DNA from: a bacterium | GTDB taxonomy: Bacteria > Krumholzibacteriota > Krumholzibacteriia > LZORAL124-64-63 | DNA length: 64,000 nucleotides | NCBI GenBank assembly: GCA_031441465.1 | Contig: JANOEP010000046.1 | Span: 86,922 to 150,921 of the forward strand | Reading direction: 5' to 3' | Shown here: positions 1-9,001 of the stretch, piece after piece | Position numbering within the stretch: position 1 is the stretch's first letter | Layout of the letters: each line of letters begins with the position of its first letter | Notes under the pieces: model-generated | Databases searched by the model: none | Told to the model about the DNA's origin: nothing | Seen by the model: the letters and a program-made list of their open reading frames with translations, nothing else | Made by a program: the position numbers and the translations under genes

Positions 1-236
1 CGCGAGGCGGCGCCGGAGCCGCGCGCGTCCCGCGCCAGCACGTGCAGGCGCTGCAGGCGCGGGTCACCGGCGAGCAGGGGGGCGGCCGGCGACTCGCAGA
101 GGTAACCGAGGCGCAGTTCGGGATCGCCGCGGCGCAGGACTTCGAGCACGACGGTCGACATCACCACGTCGCCGAGGAAGCGCAGCCGGCTGACCAGGAT
201 CGCGCCGAGGGGGCGCCCGTCGAGGGTCCAACTCAC
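1..236 (-). CDS. Glycosyltransferase family 9 (heptosyltransferase-like), N-terminal part, runs off the window edge
   Basis: Not in the ORF track. Manual translation from GTG at 236 (GTGA overlap with the upstream stop) gives MSWTLDGRPLGAILVSRLRFLGDVVMSTVVLEVL, the GT9 N-terminal IL(V)xRxxxLGDVV motif. Confidence 0.8.
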   Translation of the reverse strand, partial: MSWTLDGRPLGAILVSRLRFLGDVVMSTVVLEVLRRGDPELRLGYLCESPAAPLLAGDPRLQRLHVLARDARGSGAAS

Positions 237-1918
237 GCCTTCGCCTCCCGCAGGACATGATCGACGGCGCGGGCCAGGTTCGCCACGGTGGGCACGCGCC
301 AGGCCGGATCGAGGTCGCGGGCGCTCAGGTTGCCCTTGCCCGTGCGCACCAACACGGCGCTCAGGCCCGCATGACGCGCGAGCAGCACGTCGGACACCTT
401 GTCGCCCACCATCCAGGCGCGCGCGGGCTCCCACGCATAGTGGCGGGCAGCGGCCTGGAGCAGGCCGGGGCGCGGCTTGCGGCAATGGCAGTCCGCATCG
501 GGCGCGTGCGGGCAGTAGTAGACGCCGTCGAGGTACACGTCGTCCGCGGCGAGCAGGGCGTCGACGCGCTTCTGGACGGCGGCGAACTCCTCGAACGTGT
601 AGTAGCCGCGGCCCAGCCCCGACTGGTTGGTGAGCATGATCAGGCGGAACCCGGCCAACTGGGCCTTGCGCAGGGCCGCGCCGGCGCCCGCGATCAGCGC
701 CACGGCGCGCGGGTCGTGGAGGTAGTCGCCGTCGTGGATGACCACACCGTCGCGGTCCAGGAACAGGGTCGGCCGTACGGGCTGCGGCTCCCTCACGCCC
801 AGAGGTTTCCAGACACCCGCCTCCCCCGACTCCTGCCCGGGGACCAGGGAGCGGGCCGCGGCCAGGACGCGGCGCGGTGTGATCGTCTCGAGGCAGAAGC
901 GCGGCTCGGGGCACGTGCGCAGGAAGCAGGGATGACAGGGGAAATCCTCGACCGCCACGACCGTGGTGCGCGCGCCGCGGGGTCCCGTCCAGATGGGACT
1001 GGAAGAGCCGAACAGCCCCACCGTCGGCGTGCCGAGGGCCGCCGCCAAGTGCATCGGCCCGCTGTCGTTGCCCACGAAGAGGTCCGCCCCGCGCAACAGC
1101 GCGGCCAGGCCGGGCAGGCTCGTGCGACCGACCATATCACAGCAGCCGGGCGTCGTGCCGGGGTTGCCGGTCCCCTGGTCGTCCGACCAGGGGGCGCCGC
1201 AGGCAGCGCGCACGCGTTCGGCCAGCCGGCGCGCCGGCGGGTCGCCGATCAGCACGACGCGCGCGCCGGCCTCGGCAACGGCCAGTTCGACGAAGCCGGC
1301 GACGGCGTCTGGTGGCCAGCTCTTCGCGTCGCCGTAGGTCGTGCCGACGGACACGACCCAGACGGGCGGCCCGGGCGGGATGGGCGGCGCGGCCTCGGAA
1401 CACACCTTGCCCGCCAGGGTCGGCGCCGGCGCCGCGGACCATTCCCCGCCGCGCCATGCCTGCGCCAGCAGGGCGAGTTCCTCGGTGTAGTGGCGCGAAC
1501 AGCGCGGCGGTCTGGGCAGCGCGTCGGTCAGCAGGGCGCCGCGCTGCTCGCCGCGGAACCCCAGGCGCCTCGGGATCCCGGCCAACCGCGCCACCGCGGC
1601 CGCGCGCAGCGACGGCGGCAACACGAACACGGCGTCGAAGTCTCCCTCGCGCCACTGCCGCGCCAGGCGCAGCGCGCCTCGCCAGCCCGCGTGGTCGCCT
1701 TCGCGTTCGTAGATCAGGAGTCCGTGGAGGCGGGGGTCGCCTTCCAGCAAGGGAGCCCAGCGGTCCCGCACCGCGACGTGGATTTCGGGCGGCGCCTCGC
1801 CTTCCCGCGCCGCGACCAAGGAGGCCAACAGCGAGGTCGACATCACGAGGTCCCCGAGCCAGTTCGGGGCCACGACGAGCAGGCGCGGCCGTCGGGACAT
1901 GACTTCCTCTCGGCTCAT
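233..1918 (-). CDS. waaF: Fused LPS heptosyltransferase II (GT9, WaaF-like) and D,D-heptose 1,7-bisphosphate phosphatase (GmhB-like)
   Basis: N-terminal APNWLGDLVMS and GNDSGPMHLAAALGTPTVGLFG (GT9). C-terminal LFLDRDGVV, TNQSG, CPHAPDADCHCRKP and MVGDKVSD (GmhB HAD). ATG at 1918 overlaps the upstream stop; alternative ATG at 1900. Confidence 0.88.
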   Translation of the reverse strand: MSREEVMSRRPRLLVVAPNWLGDLVMSTSLLASLVAAREGEAPPEIHVAVRDRWAPLLEGDPRLHGLLIYEREGDHAGWRGALRLARQWREGDFDAVFVLPPSLRAAAVARLAGIPRRLGFRGEQRGALLTDALPRPPRCSRHYTEELALLAQAWRGGEWSAAPAPTLAGKVCSEAAPPIPPGPPVWVVSVGTTYGDAKSWPPDAVAGFVELAVAEAGARVVLIGDPPARRLAERVRAACGAPWSDDQGTGNPGTTPGCCDMVGRTSLPGLAALLRGADLFVGNDSGPMHLAAALGTPTVGLFGSSSPIWTGPRGARTTVVAVEDFPCHPCFLRTCPEPRFCLETITPRRVLAAARSLVPGQESGEAGVWKPLGVREPQPVRPTLFLDRDGVVIHDGDYLHDPRAVALIAGAGAALRKAQLAGFRLIMLTNQSGLGRGYYTFEEFAAVQKRVDALLAADDVYLDGVYYCPHAPDADCHCRKPRPGLLQAAARHYAWEPARAWMVGDKVSDVLLARHAGLSAVLVRTGKGNLSARDLDPAWRVPTVANLARAVDHVLREAKA

Positions 1919-2988
1919 CGAGCGGCGCGGATCGCCGCGAACGCGTCCAGCAGGGTGTCGGGATCGATCCGCTGCCCGTCCTTGACGCGCAGGATCCGCA
2001 CCTGCGGCTGCTCGGTGGGCACCCACTCGGGCCCGTCCTGCTCCAGGAACAGGCCCAGGGTCGGCACGCCGGCCGCCGCCGCGAAATGGAAGAGGTCCGT
2101 GTTGCCGGCGATCACCACGTCACAGACCGCAGCGAACAGCACGACGTCGAACAGCGTGTCGCACGGCAGGCTCATCGGGGCCGCGCCGAGACCGGCCACC
2201 AGGGACGCGACACGCTCGGTGTCCGCGGACACGGTCAGGGGCAGCACCCGGCACGGGACCTGGCTCTCCAGCTGGCGCAACAGGTGATGGAAGTTCGGCG
2301 CCGCCAGCGCGACACCCGACTTGCCCGCCGTCGGATCGAAGCCCACCAGGACCTCGTCCTGCCGCGGCTTGTTGAAGTGCACGAGCTGGCGCGCGCGCCG
2401 CAGTTTCTCGTCCGGCAAGGGCCAACCGCGACGGGCCGCTTGGCGGGGCAACCCCAGGAACGGGGCCGCCGCCGCCAGACACTCGCCGCGGTAGCGCACA
2501 CCGTCGTCGCGGCGGCGGATCTCGAAGTTGACCGCCGGGTAAGCGCCCGGGTGCGACGGCCCCATCCGCAACGGCGCTCCGGTCGCCAGCGACACCGTCT
2601 CGAGGGCGGGTTGCGGCGCGAAGGACATCACCAGGCTGAAGTCGTACGCTTCCTTGCGCACGCTCTTGAGCAGGGCGTGGCAGGAGGGGCTCCACAGTTT
2701 CAACTGGCGCGGCTGGTAGACCAGGCACTGGCGCGCGATCCCGCTGGGCGCGACCAGGGACACGTGCGCCTCGGGCAGCAGGAAATCGATGCGGGCGCGC
2801 GGATGGCGCTCGCGGATCGCCTGCAGCAGCGGCATGTGGAACAGCAGATCGGACAGGTCGCCGGTGTCGATGGCCAGCAGCAGCGGCTCATCCCCCAGCT
2901 CCCCCGGCAGCGAGAAACCCTCGCTCCCGCCCCGCAGGAAGAAACGGTCGACGAGGCTCCTGACCAGTCTGCCCTCGGCGAAGCTCAT
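1915..2988 (-). CDS. Divergent glycosyltransferase family 9 protein
   Basis: [21 protein letters not shown] and [20 protein letters not shown] resemble degenerate GT9 motifs; translationally coupled to the waaF-gmhB fusion. Confidence 0.7.
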   Translation of the reverse strand: MSFAEGRLVRSLVDRFFLRGGSEGFSLPGELGDEPLLLAIDTGDLSDLLFHMPLLQAIRERHPRARIDFLLPEAHVSLVAPSGIARQCLVYQPRQLKLWSPSCHALLKSVRKEAYDFSLVMSFAPQPALETVSLATGAPLRMGPSHPGAYPAVNFEIRRRDDGVRYRGECLAAAAPFLGLPRQAARRGWPLPDEKLRRARQLVHFNKPRQDEVLVGFDPTAGKSGVALAAPNFHHLLRQLESQVPCRVLPLTVSADTERVASLVAGLGAAPMSLPCDTLFDVVLFAAVCDVVIAGNTDLFHFAAAAGVPTLGLFLEQDGPEWVPTEQPQVRILRVKDGQRIDPDTLLDAFAAIRAAR

Positions 2989-3004
2989 GGCCGGCCGCCG
3001 GCGC

Positions 3005-5434
3005 TCACGAGGTGAACTCCTCGGGGAAGAGTTCCGCCCAGACCTCCTCGACGCGCTTCACGCAGACGAACTCGATGTCGCGGGACACCTCGGTCGGGAT
3101 CTCTTCGAGATCGTGCTCGTTCTCCTTGGGCAGCAGGAGGCGGCGGATGCCGGCGCGGTGCGCGGCCAGGACCTTCTCCAGCAGCCCGCCGATGGGCAGC
3201 ACGTCGCCGGTCAGCGTGATCTCCCCGGTCATGGCCGTGCGCCGGTCGACCGGGCGACCCACCATCAAGGAGAAGAGCACCGTCGCCATGGTGATGCCGG
3301 CGCTCGGGCCGTCCTTGGGCACCGCCCCGGCCGGGATATGGATGTGGAGGTCGTGCTCGCGGAAGAAGGCGCGGTGGCGTTCGCGGTCGCCGTAGCGGGC
3401 GCGCAGGTAGGAGTAGGCGGCGGCCGCCGACTCCTGCATGACGCTGCCGAGCTGGCCGGTCAGGCGCAGCTGGCCGGAGCCCGCCGGCAGGGCCACGCCT
3501 TCGAGGTAGAGGATCTTGCCGCCGGCCGAGGTCCAGGCCAAGCCCGTGGCGACGCCCACGCGGGCGCGGCTGCGCAGCCGGTCGGGATCGTAGTCGGGCT
3601 GGCCCAGATACTCGGGCAGGGTCTGGGCGGTGATCGCGTGCCGGCGCCGGCGGCCGCGCGCCACGGTCTTGGCGACCTTGCGGCACACGGCGCCGATCTT
3701 GCGCTCGAGGCCGCGCACACCGGCCTCGCGGGTGTGGCCGTTGATCAGGGCGCGCAGGCCGGCGTCGGTGAAGCCCACGTGCTTGGCGGTCAGGCCGTTC
3801 TCCTGGAGCTGCCTCGGCACCAGGTAGCGCTTGGCGATCTCCAGCTTCTCGAGGTTGGTGTAGCCGGGCAGCTGGATGACCTCCATGCGGTCCAGCAGGG
3901 GGCGCGGGATGGTGTCCATCATGTTGGCCGTGGTGATGAACAGGGTGTGCGAGAGGTCGAACGGCAGCGACAGGTAGTGGTCGGTGAAGGAGAAGTTCTG
4001 CTCCGGGTCGAGGACCTCCAGCAGGGCGCTGGCGGGGTCGCCGCGGAAATCCTGGCCCAGCTTGTCGATCTCGTCGAGCATGATCAGCGGGTTGTTGGTG
4101 CCGCAGTCCTTCAGGCCGGCGATGATGCGCCCCGGCATGGCGCCGACGTAGGTGCGGCGGTGCCCGCGGATCTCGGCCTCGTCGCGCATGCCGCCGAGCG
4201 AGAAGCGGAAGAACTTGCGGCCGATCGCCTCGGCGATGCTCCGCCCCAGCGAGGTCTTGCCCACGCCGGGCGGCCCGACCAGGCAGATGATGGGCCCGCG
4301 GTGGTCGTTCTTGAGCTTCCGCACGGCCAGGAACTCTAGGATGCGCTCCTTGACGTCGGCGAGGCCGTAGTGGTCGCGCTCCAGGATCGCCTCGGCGCGC
4401 TTGATGTCCAGCTTGTCCTCGCTGGACACGAGCCAGGGCAGGTCCAGCAGCCAGTCGATGTACGTCTTGCTGACCGTGTACTCGCTGGCGCCCGGGGACA
4501 TGCGGGCCAGACGGTCGACTTCCTTCTCGGCGACGGCGCGCACGTGCTCCGGCAGCTGGGCCTGCGCCAGCCGCTCCTGCAGTTCCTCGATCTCCACCGT
4601 GCCGTCGTCGGTGTCGCCCAGCTCGCGCTGGATCGCCTTGAGCTGCTGGCGCAGGTAGTATTCGCGCTGGTCCTTGTCGATGCTCTTGCGGACCTTGGAC
4701 TGGAGCTTCTGCCCCAGCTCCGCGACTTCCAGTTCGCGCACGACGATCTTGGCCAGGATCTGCAGGCGCTCCAGGGGAGCGACGGCTTCCAGCACCTGCT
4801 GCTTCTCGGCGATCTCGATGTCGAGGTTGGTGGCGATCAGGTCGGCGAGCCGGCCCGGATCGTCGATGTTCATCACCACGACCTTCAGCTCGTCCGAGAG
4901 GCTCTCGCTGGCGTCGACGATCTTCAGGAAATTGTTCGCGACGCCCCGCATGTAGGCCAGCGTGCGGGGGTCGGAGGCCTTCGGCTCCGGCAGCCCCTCC
5001 ACTTCGGCCTTGAGGTACGGCTGTTCGGACACGAACTCGCCGATGCGAATCCGGGCCACGCCCTGGCCCAGCAGGCGCATGCTGCCGTCGGGAAAGCGCA
5101 GCATCTTCTGGATCTTCACCGCCGTGCCGACGCGGTACAGCAGGTCCTTCTCGTCGGGATGGTCCTCGTGCTCGCCCGGCTCCCGCTGGGAAACCGCGCC
5201 GAGCATCTTGTCGCCGGCGAGGCAGTCGTCCGCCAGGCGGATGAGGTTCTCGTCGCTCAGCACGAGCGGGACCATCATGTAGGGGAAGATCACCGCGTCG
5301 CTGATCGGCAGGACCGGCAGCACCGCGGGCACCAGGGCCTCGGGCGCATCGCTCGACCGTCGCTGACGCTCGTCGCCGTTCATGGGCACAGTTCCTTCCG
5401 CGTCCGCCTTGCTCCGGCGCCGCTTACTTCCCAT
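3005..5434 (-). CDS. lon: ATP-dependent Lon protease
   Basis: LON N-domain (LPVLP..VIFPYM), Walker [10 protein letters not shown], Walker B MLDEIDK, catalytic PKDGPSAG and PIGGLLEK. Alternative start at 5383. Confidence 0.97.
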   Translation of the reverse strand: MGSKRRRSKADAEGTVPMNGDERQRRSSDAPEALVPAVLPVLPISDAVIFPYMMVPLVLSDENLIRLADDCLAGDKMLGAVSQREPGEHEDHPDEKDLLYRVGTAVKIQKMLRFPDGSMRLLGQGVARIRIGEFVSEQPYLKAEVEGLPEPKASDPRTLAYMRGVANNFLKIVDASESLSDELKVVVMNIDDPGRLADLIATNLDIEIAEKQQVLEAVAPLERLQILAKIVVRELEVAELGQKLQSKVRKSIDKDQREYYLRQQLKAIQRELGDTDDGTVEIEELQERLAQAQLPEHVRAVAEKEVDRLARMSPGASEYTVSKTYIDWLLDLPWLVSSEDKLDIKRAEAILERDHYGLADVKERILEFLAVRKLKNDHRGPIICLVGPPGVGKTSLGRSIAEAIGRKFFRFSLGGMRDEAEIRGHRRTYVGAMPGRIIAGLKDCGTNNPLIMLDEIDKLGQDFRGDPASALLEVLDPEQNFSFTDHYLSLPFDLSHTLFITTANMMDTIPRPLLDRMEVIQLPGYTNLEKLEIAKRYLVPRQLQENGLTAKHVGFTDAGLRALINGHTREAGVRGLERKIGAVCRKVAKTVARGRRRRHAITAQTLPEYLGQPDYDPDRLRSRARVGVATGLAWTSAGGKILYLEGVALPAGSGQLRLTGQLGSVMQESAAAAYSYLRARYGDRERHRAFFREHDLHIHIPAGAVPKDGPSAGITMATVLFSLMVGRPVDRRTAMTGEITLTGDVLPIGGLLEKVLAAHRAGIRRLLLPKENEHDLEEIPTEVSRDIEFVCVKRVEEVWAELFPEEFTS

Positions 5435-5879
5435 TGCGCACGTCCACGCGCCGCCGGCTGCCGCCGGCCGCCGGTCCCTTGCGGAACGTGACGTAGAGGA
5501 AACCGTTGCGATAGCGGGCGGCCGCGGTTTCGGGCTGCACCGACACCGGCACGACGATGCGCCGGGCGAACGGCCCGACGCTGATCTCCATCTTCGAGTA
5601 GTGCTTCTTGCCGGCGGGCGCGATGTCCTGGCGCGTGCCGCGCACGGTCAGGGTCTCGCCGTCGGTGAAGACCTCGATCGCCGCGGGATCCATGCCCGCC
5701 AGGTCCATCTGCACGACGAAGGCTTCCTCGGTCTCGTAGGCGTCGGTGGCCGGCCGCCAGGTCAGGTCGTCGTCGAGGGGCAGCCGCCCCAACCCGCGGG
5801 CGTGGGCCGTGACCAGGATCTCGAAGATGTCGTCCACGGAACCGGAATCTCCGGCCTCGCGGGGTGCCGTCGTGATCAT
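5424..5879 (-). CDS. Hsp20/alpha-crystallin small heat shock protein
   Basis: WRPATDAYET...DLAGMD...LTVRG...GPFARRI..P...ARYRNGFLYV; AAGGAGG SD before ATG 5879. Confidence 0.9.
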   Translation of the reverse strand: MITTAPREAGDSGSVDDIFEILVTAHARGLGRLPLDDDLTWRPATDAYETEEAFVVQMDLAGMDPAAIEVFTDGETLTVRGTRQDIAPAGKKHYSKMEISVGPFARRIVVPVSVQPETAAARYRNGFLYVTFRKGPAAGGSRRRVDVRNGK

Positions 5880-5909
5880 GGCGGGCCTCCTTGAGCGTTG
5901 ACCCACCGC

Positions 5910-5938
5910 ATGCTAGCGGCGGGGAGGCGGGGCGTCAA
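5910..5938 (-). promoter_or_regulatory. sigma70-type promoter for the hsp20-lon operon
   Basis: TTGACG-N17-TAGCAT on the minus strand. Confidence 0.65.
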
Positions 5939-5967
5939 CCCGCGACCGGGAAGGGCGGGCGGGGCGC

Positions 5968-5997
5968 TTGTCCCGTGCGACGGCTGCATGGTAGGAT
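5968..5997 (+). promoter_or_regulatory. sigma70-type promoter for the HIT gene
   Basis: TTGTCC-N18-TAGGAT with extended -10 TG. Confidence 0.45.
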
Positions 5998-6083
5998 GCG
6001 GGGAAGTCGGGGCGGCGAGTCCCACCAACACCGGGACCCGGCGGCTGCTGGTCCCGGCACCTCCAGCCGAGAGGCGGCGCACG

Positions 6084-6428
6084 ATGGCCGACTGCCTGTT
6101 CTGCAAGATCGCCGCCGGTGCGATCCCCGCCGACATCATCCACGCGGACGACGAGTTCGTCGCCTTCCGGGACATCGCCCCCCGCGCCCCGGTCCACGTC
6201 CTGGTGATCCCCCGTCGTCACATCCCGTCGCCGGGAGACCTCGTCGACGGCGACGAAGCCCTGGCCGGGCGCCTGCTGGTCACCGCGGCGCGGATCGCGC
6301 GCGACTCGGGACTGGACGCCACGGGGTTCCGCTGGGTCCTGAACTGCGGCGCCGACGGGGGACAGACCGTCCCCCACCTCCACCTGCACCTGCTCGGCGG
6401 GCGAGAACTCGGCTGGCCGCCCGGGTAA
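6084..6428 (+). CDS. hinT: Histidine triad (HIT) nucleotide-binding protein
   Basis: MADCLFCKI...AFRDIAPRAPVHVLVIP...GQTVPHLHLHLLGGRELGWPPG. Confidence 0.95.
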   Translation: MADCLFCKIAAGAIPADIIHADDEFVAFRDIAPRAPVHVLVIPRRHIPSPGDLVDGDEALAGRLLVTAARIARDSGLDATGFRWVLNCGADGGQTVPHLHLHLLGGRELGWPPG

Positions 6429-6454
6429 CGCAGGGCCGCCGACCGCACCCGCCG

Positions 6455-7129
6455 TCACTTCACCTTGTACTGGCCCCGTCCGGCGCTGACGAGGATCTTG
6501 CTCGTCGACAGGGTGCGCCGCAGCACGTTCGCGAAGTTACCGCTCTTGCTCTTGACGAGTTTTCCCTTGGCGATGGCGCCCAGGATGTCCTGGACGGACA
6601 TTTTGCCGCCGTTGGCGCGGATCAGGCCCGCCACGACCGACTCCAGGGTGGCCTTGCCGGACTTCCCGGCGGCGGCTTTGCGGGACGCGCCCTTGGCGGG
6701 CGCCGCCTTCCCGGCGGCCTTCTTCTTCCCGACCGGCTTCTTCGCGGTCTTCTTCTTCGCGACCGGCTTCTTCGCCGACGCCTTCTTGGCGATCTTCTTC
6801 TTCGCTCTGGTCGTCTGCGCGACGGTCTTCTTCGCCGCAGCCTTCTTCACGGCGACCTTCTTCGCCGGCTTCCTGGCCGACTTCTTCACCGACTTCTTCG
6901 CTGCGGCTTTCCGGCGCGCCGGGCCCCGCCCGCGACGGGCCGCGACCGGCGCGGCGGCGACGGGACCGCCCTTCACGAGATCGGCGATGGCGGTGCGGAC
7001 CGCGGCGAGTTCGGTCTCGAGCTCGCTGCGCCGCGATTCCAGAACGGTGAGCTGTTCCTTGACGGCGAGGAGGCGTCGGAGATCGTCGAGGGAAAGCTCC
7101 CCGGCGAGTGCGGCGAACTTGCGCATCAT
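6455..7129 (-). CDS. Basic nucleoid-associated protein: N-terminal coiled coil, histone-H1-like Lys/Ala linker, C-terminal winged-helix-like domain
   Basis: Repeated AKK/KKP/KKA units, heptad-like N-terminus, C-terminus ending in RGQYKVK; GGAGG SD before ATG 7129. Confidence 0.75.
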   Translation of the reverse strand: MMRKFAALAGELSLDDLRRLLAVKEQLTVLESRRSELETELAAVRTAIADLVKGGPVAAAPVAARRGRGPARRKAAAKKSVKKSARKPAKKVAVKKAAAKKTVAQTTRAKKKIAKKASAKKPVAKKKTAKKPVGKKKAAGKAAPAKGASRKAAAGKSGKATLESVVAGLIRANGGKMSVQDILGAIAKGKLVKSKSGNFANVLRRTLSTSKILVSAGRGQYKVK

Positions 7130-7177
7130 CAAGAACCTCCGGGTTGGACTGTTCGGGCGGGCGAGAATATTACCGAC

Positions 7178-7207
7178 ACCCTAGTTCCGGTGGCCGGGAC
7201 TTGTCAA
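7178..7207 (-). promoter_or_regulatory. sigma70-type promoter for the histone-like gene
   Basis: TTGACA-N18-TAGGGT; a second -10-like TAATAT lies at 7167-7172. Confidence 0.5.
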
Positions 7208-7230
7208 CTGCGCGGTAAGATCGCGGGCGG

Positions 7231-8889
7231 TCAGCGCCGATCGGCGGGCGAGATCCACCAGTCCTGGACGTTCTGGTAGGTCGAGAGCACGTGGGGCGCC
7301 ACGCCGCGCAACCGGCGCCGCACCGCCACCACCTGGTCGGGGTAATAAAGCGTGGCGACCGGCGAGTCGGCCACGATCAGACGCTGGAAGGCGTCCCAGA
7401 CGGGTTTGGCCAGGGAGCGGTCGCGCTCGGCGAGCCCCCGGGCGAGCAGGGAGTCGGCCGCGGCGCTGGCGTAATGGCCGTAGTTGAACAGCGACCAGGC
7501 GTCCGAGGCGAAGCGCGGCGAGGGGTCCACCGCGAGCCGTTCGGAATAGACGCCCAGGTACGCTTCGAAGCGGCCGGACTGGACGAGGTCGACGGCCGCG
7601 CCCATCTCCATGATCCGGGGCCGGCACTCCACCCCCACCCGCCCGAGATGGTCGCGGACGGCGGCGGCGCCGTTCTCCCGCACCGCGTCCCCTTTGCGCG
7701 TCACCAGGCTGAAACTCAGCGTCTCGCCGCCGCGCTCCCGCACGCCGTCGCCGTCGGCGTCGCGCCAACCGGCGGCGTCGAGCAGCTCCCGCGCGCGGGC
7801 GGGGTCGTAGGGTTCCGCCGGCAGCTCGCGGTCGAAGGCCCAGAGCGCGGGCGGCAGCGGGCCGCCGCCCGCGCGCGCGCAGCCCTCCAACAGCCCGTCC
7901 ACGAAGAGCGAACGGTCGACGGCCAGCGACAGCGCGCGCCGCACGCGTGGGTCGGCGAAACGGGGGTCGGCCAGATTCCACACGATCTGCCCCACCAGGC
8001 GTCCCGCCAACCGGTGCACGACCACATCGCCCCGCTGTTCCAGGCGGCCGAGCGCGTGCACGGGCACGTCCTCCAGCAGGTCCGCGCCGCCGGTCTCGAG
8101 TTCCACCAGGCGGGCCGTCTCGTCGGGGATGATCCGGAACACGAGCCGCTCGAGGCGGGGACGCGGCCCCGGGTAGGACTCGTTGCGGCGCAGGACCAGC
8201 ATCTGGTTGCGCTCCCAGGACTCCAGCACGAAGGGGCCGCTCGAGAGCGGGTGTTCGTTGAGCGTCCAAGCGCGCACCGCCGCCGGGTCGAGCGCGTCGG
8301 TGACGTGGGCGGGCAGGATGAAGTGGCCGAGCGTCGCCACGAGGTCGTTGCGGCTCTCCCGGAACTCGTAGCGCACGGTCGAGTCGTCCATCGCGGTGAC
8401 GGACTTCACGTTGTTGAAACGGCCGCCGCCGCGCGGGCTCGCCACACGCGGGTCGACGAACAACCGGAACGACGCCGCGACGTCGCGGGCCGTCAGCGGT
8501 GCGCCGTCGGACCAGCACCAGGGACGCAGCCGGACCGTCACCGCGAGGCTGTCGGGAGTGAATTCCAGACCGGCAGCGATGCACGGCCGATAGGTGAAGT
8601 CCTCGCCCATTTCCACGAGGCCGTCGCCGAGCAGGTCGAGGATCTGGCCGGCGTGGGCGGAGGTGTAGAGCAGCGGGTTCAGGACGTCGGGATCGGCCGG
8701 GAACGCGATCACGGCCGTGCCGCCGGCGGTCGGCTCGTCGGCGGCTCCCGGCCGGGGTTTCGCCTCGCGGCCACAGCCGATGGGCAGGACCGCCAGCACG
8801 GTCAACGCGACGAGCAACAGGGCGACGGCCGGCGACGGCGTCCCGACGTCTCCCGCCTCCGTGCCGGCGCTCCTGGTATTCGCTCCCAT
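7231..8889 (-). CDS. ABC transporter substrate-binding lipoprotein, peptide/nickel family 5 (OppA/DppA-like)
   Basis: Lipobox LPIGC; PDVLNPL, WSDGAPLTARDV, SGPFVLESW, FADPRVRRALSLAVDR, YDPARARELLDAAGW. Confidence 0.9.
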   Translation of the reverse strand: MGANTRSAGTEAGDVGTPSPAVALLLVALTVLAVLPIGCGREAKPRPGAADEPTAGGTAVIAFPADPDVLNPLLYTSAHAGQILDLLGDGLVEMGEDFTYRPCIAAGLEFTPDSLAVTVRLRPWCWSDGAPLTARDVAASFRLFVDPRVASPRGGGRFNNVKSVTAMDDSTVRYEFRESRNDLVATLGHFILPAHVTDALDPAAVRAWTLNEHPLSSGPFVLESWERNQMLVLRRNESYPGPRPRLERLVFRIIPDETARLVELETGGADLLEDVPVHALGRLEQRGDVVVHRLAGRLVGQIVWNLADPRFADPRVRRALSLAVDRSLFVDGLLEGCARAGGGPLPPALWAFDRELPAEPYDPARARELLDAAGWRDADGDGVRERGGETLSFSLVTRKGDAVRENGAAAVRDHLGRVGVECRPRIMEMGAAVDLVQSGRFEAYLGVYSERLAVDPSPRFASDAWSLFNYGHYASAAADSLLARGLAERDRSLAKPVWDAFQRLIVADSPVATLYYPDQVVAVRRRLRGVAPHVLSTYQNVQDWWISPADRR

Positions 8890-8957
8890 GCTCCGCCTCC
8901 CCGCCGCGGGAAACGGCCCGGCCCCGTCGGGACCGGGCCGCTTCGGCAGCCCCGCGC

Positions 8958-8986
8958 AGTGTAGCGGGTGCGCCGGCCGCGGTCAA
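8958..8986 (-). promoter_or_regulatory. sigma70-type promoter for the substrate-binding protein gene
   Basis: TTGACC-N17-TACACT. Confidence 0.65.
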
Positions 8987-8997
8987 CGCGGCCGGCG
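8971..8997 (-). terminator. GC-rich hairpin just downstream of the C25 protease gene
   Basis: Perfect 11-bp inverted repeat CGCCGGCCGCG/CGCGGCCGGCG with a 5-nt loop; no U-tract. Confidence 0.45.
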
Positions 8998-9001
8998 GCG
9001 G

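Noticed and set aside
6660..6920. Repeated TTCTTC-containing units resembling a tandem or CRISPR array
   Set aside because: They are Lys-Lys codons of the H1-like region; there is no constant repeat-spacer structure.
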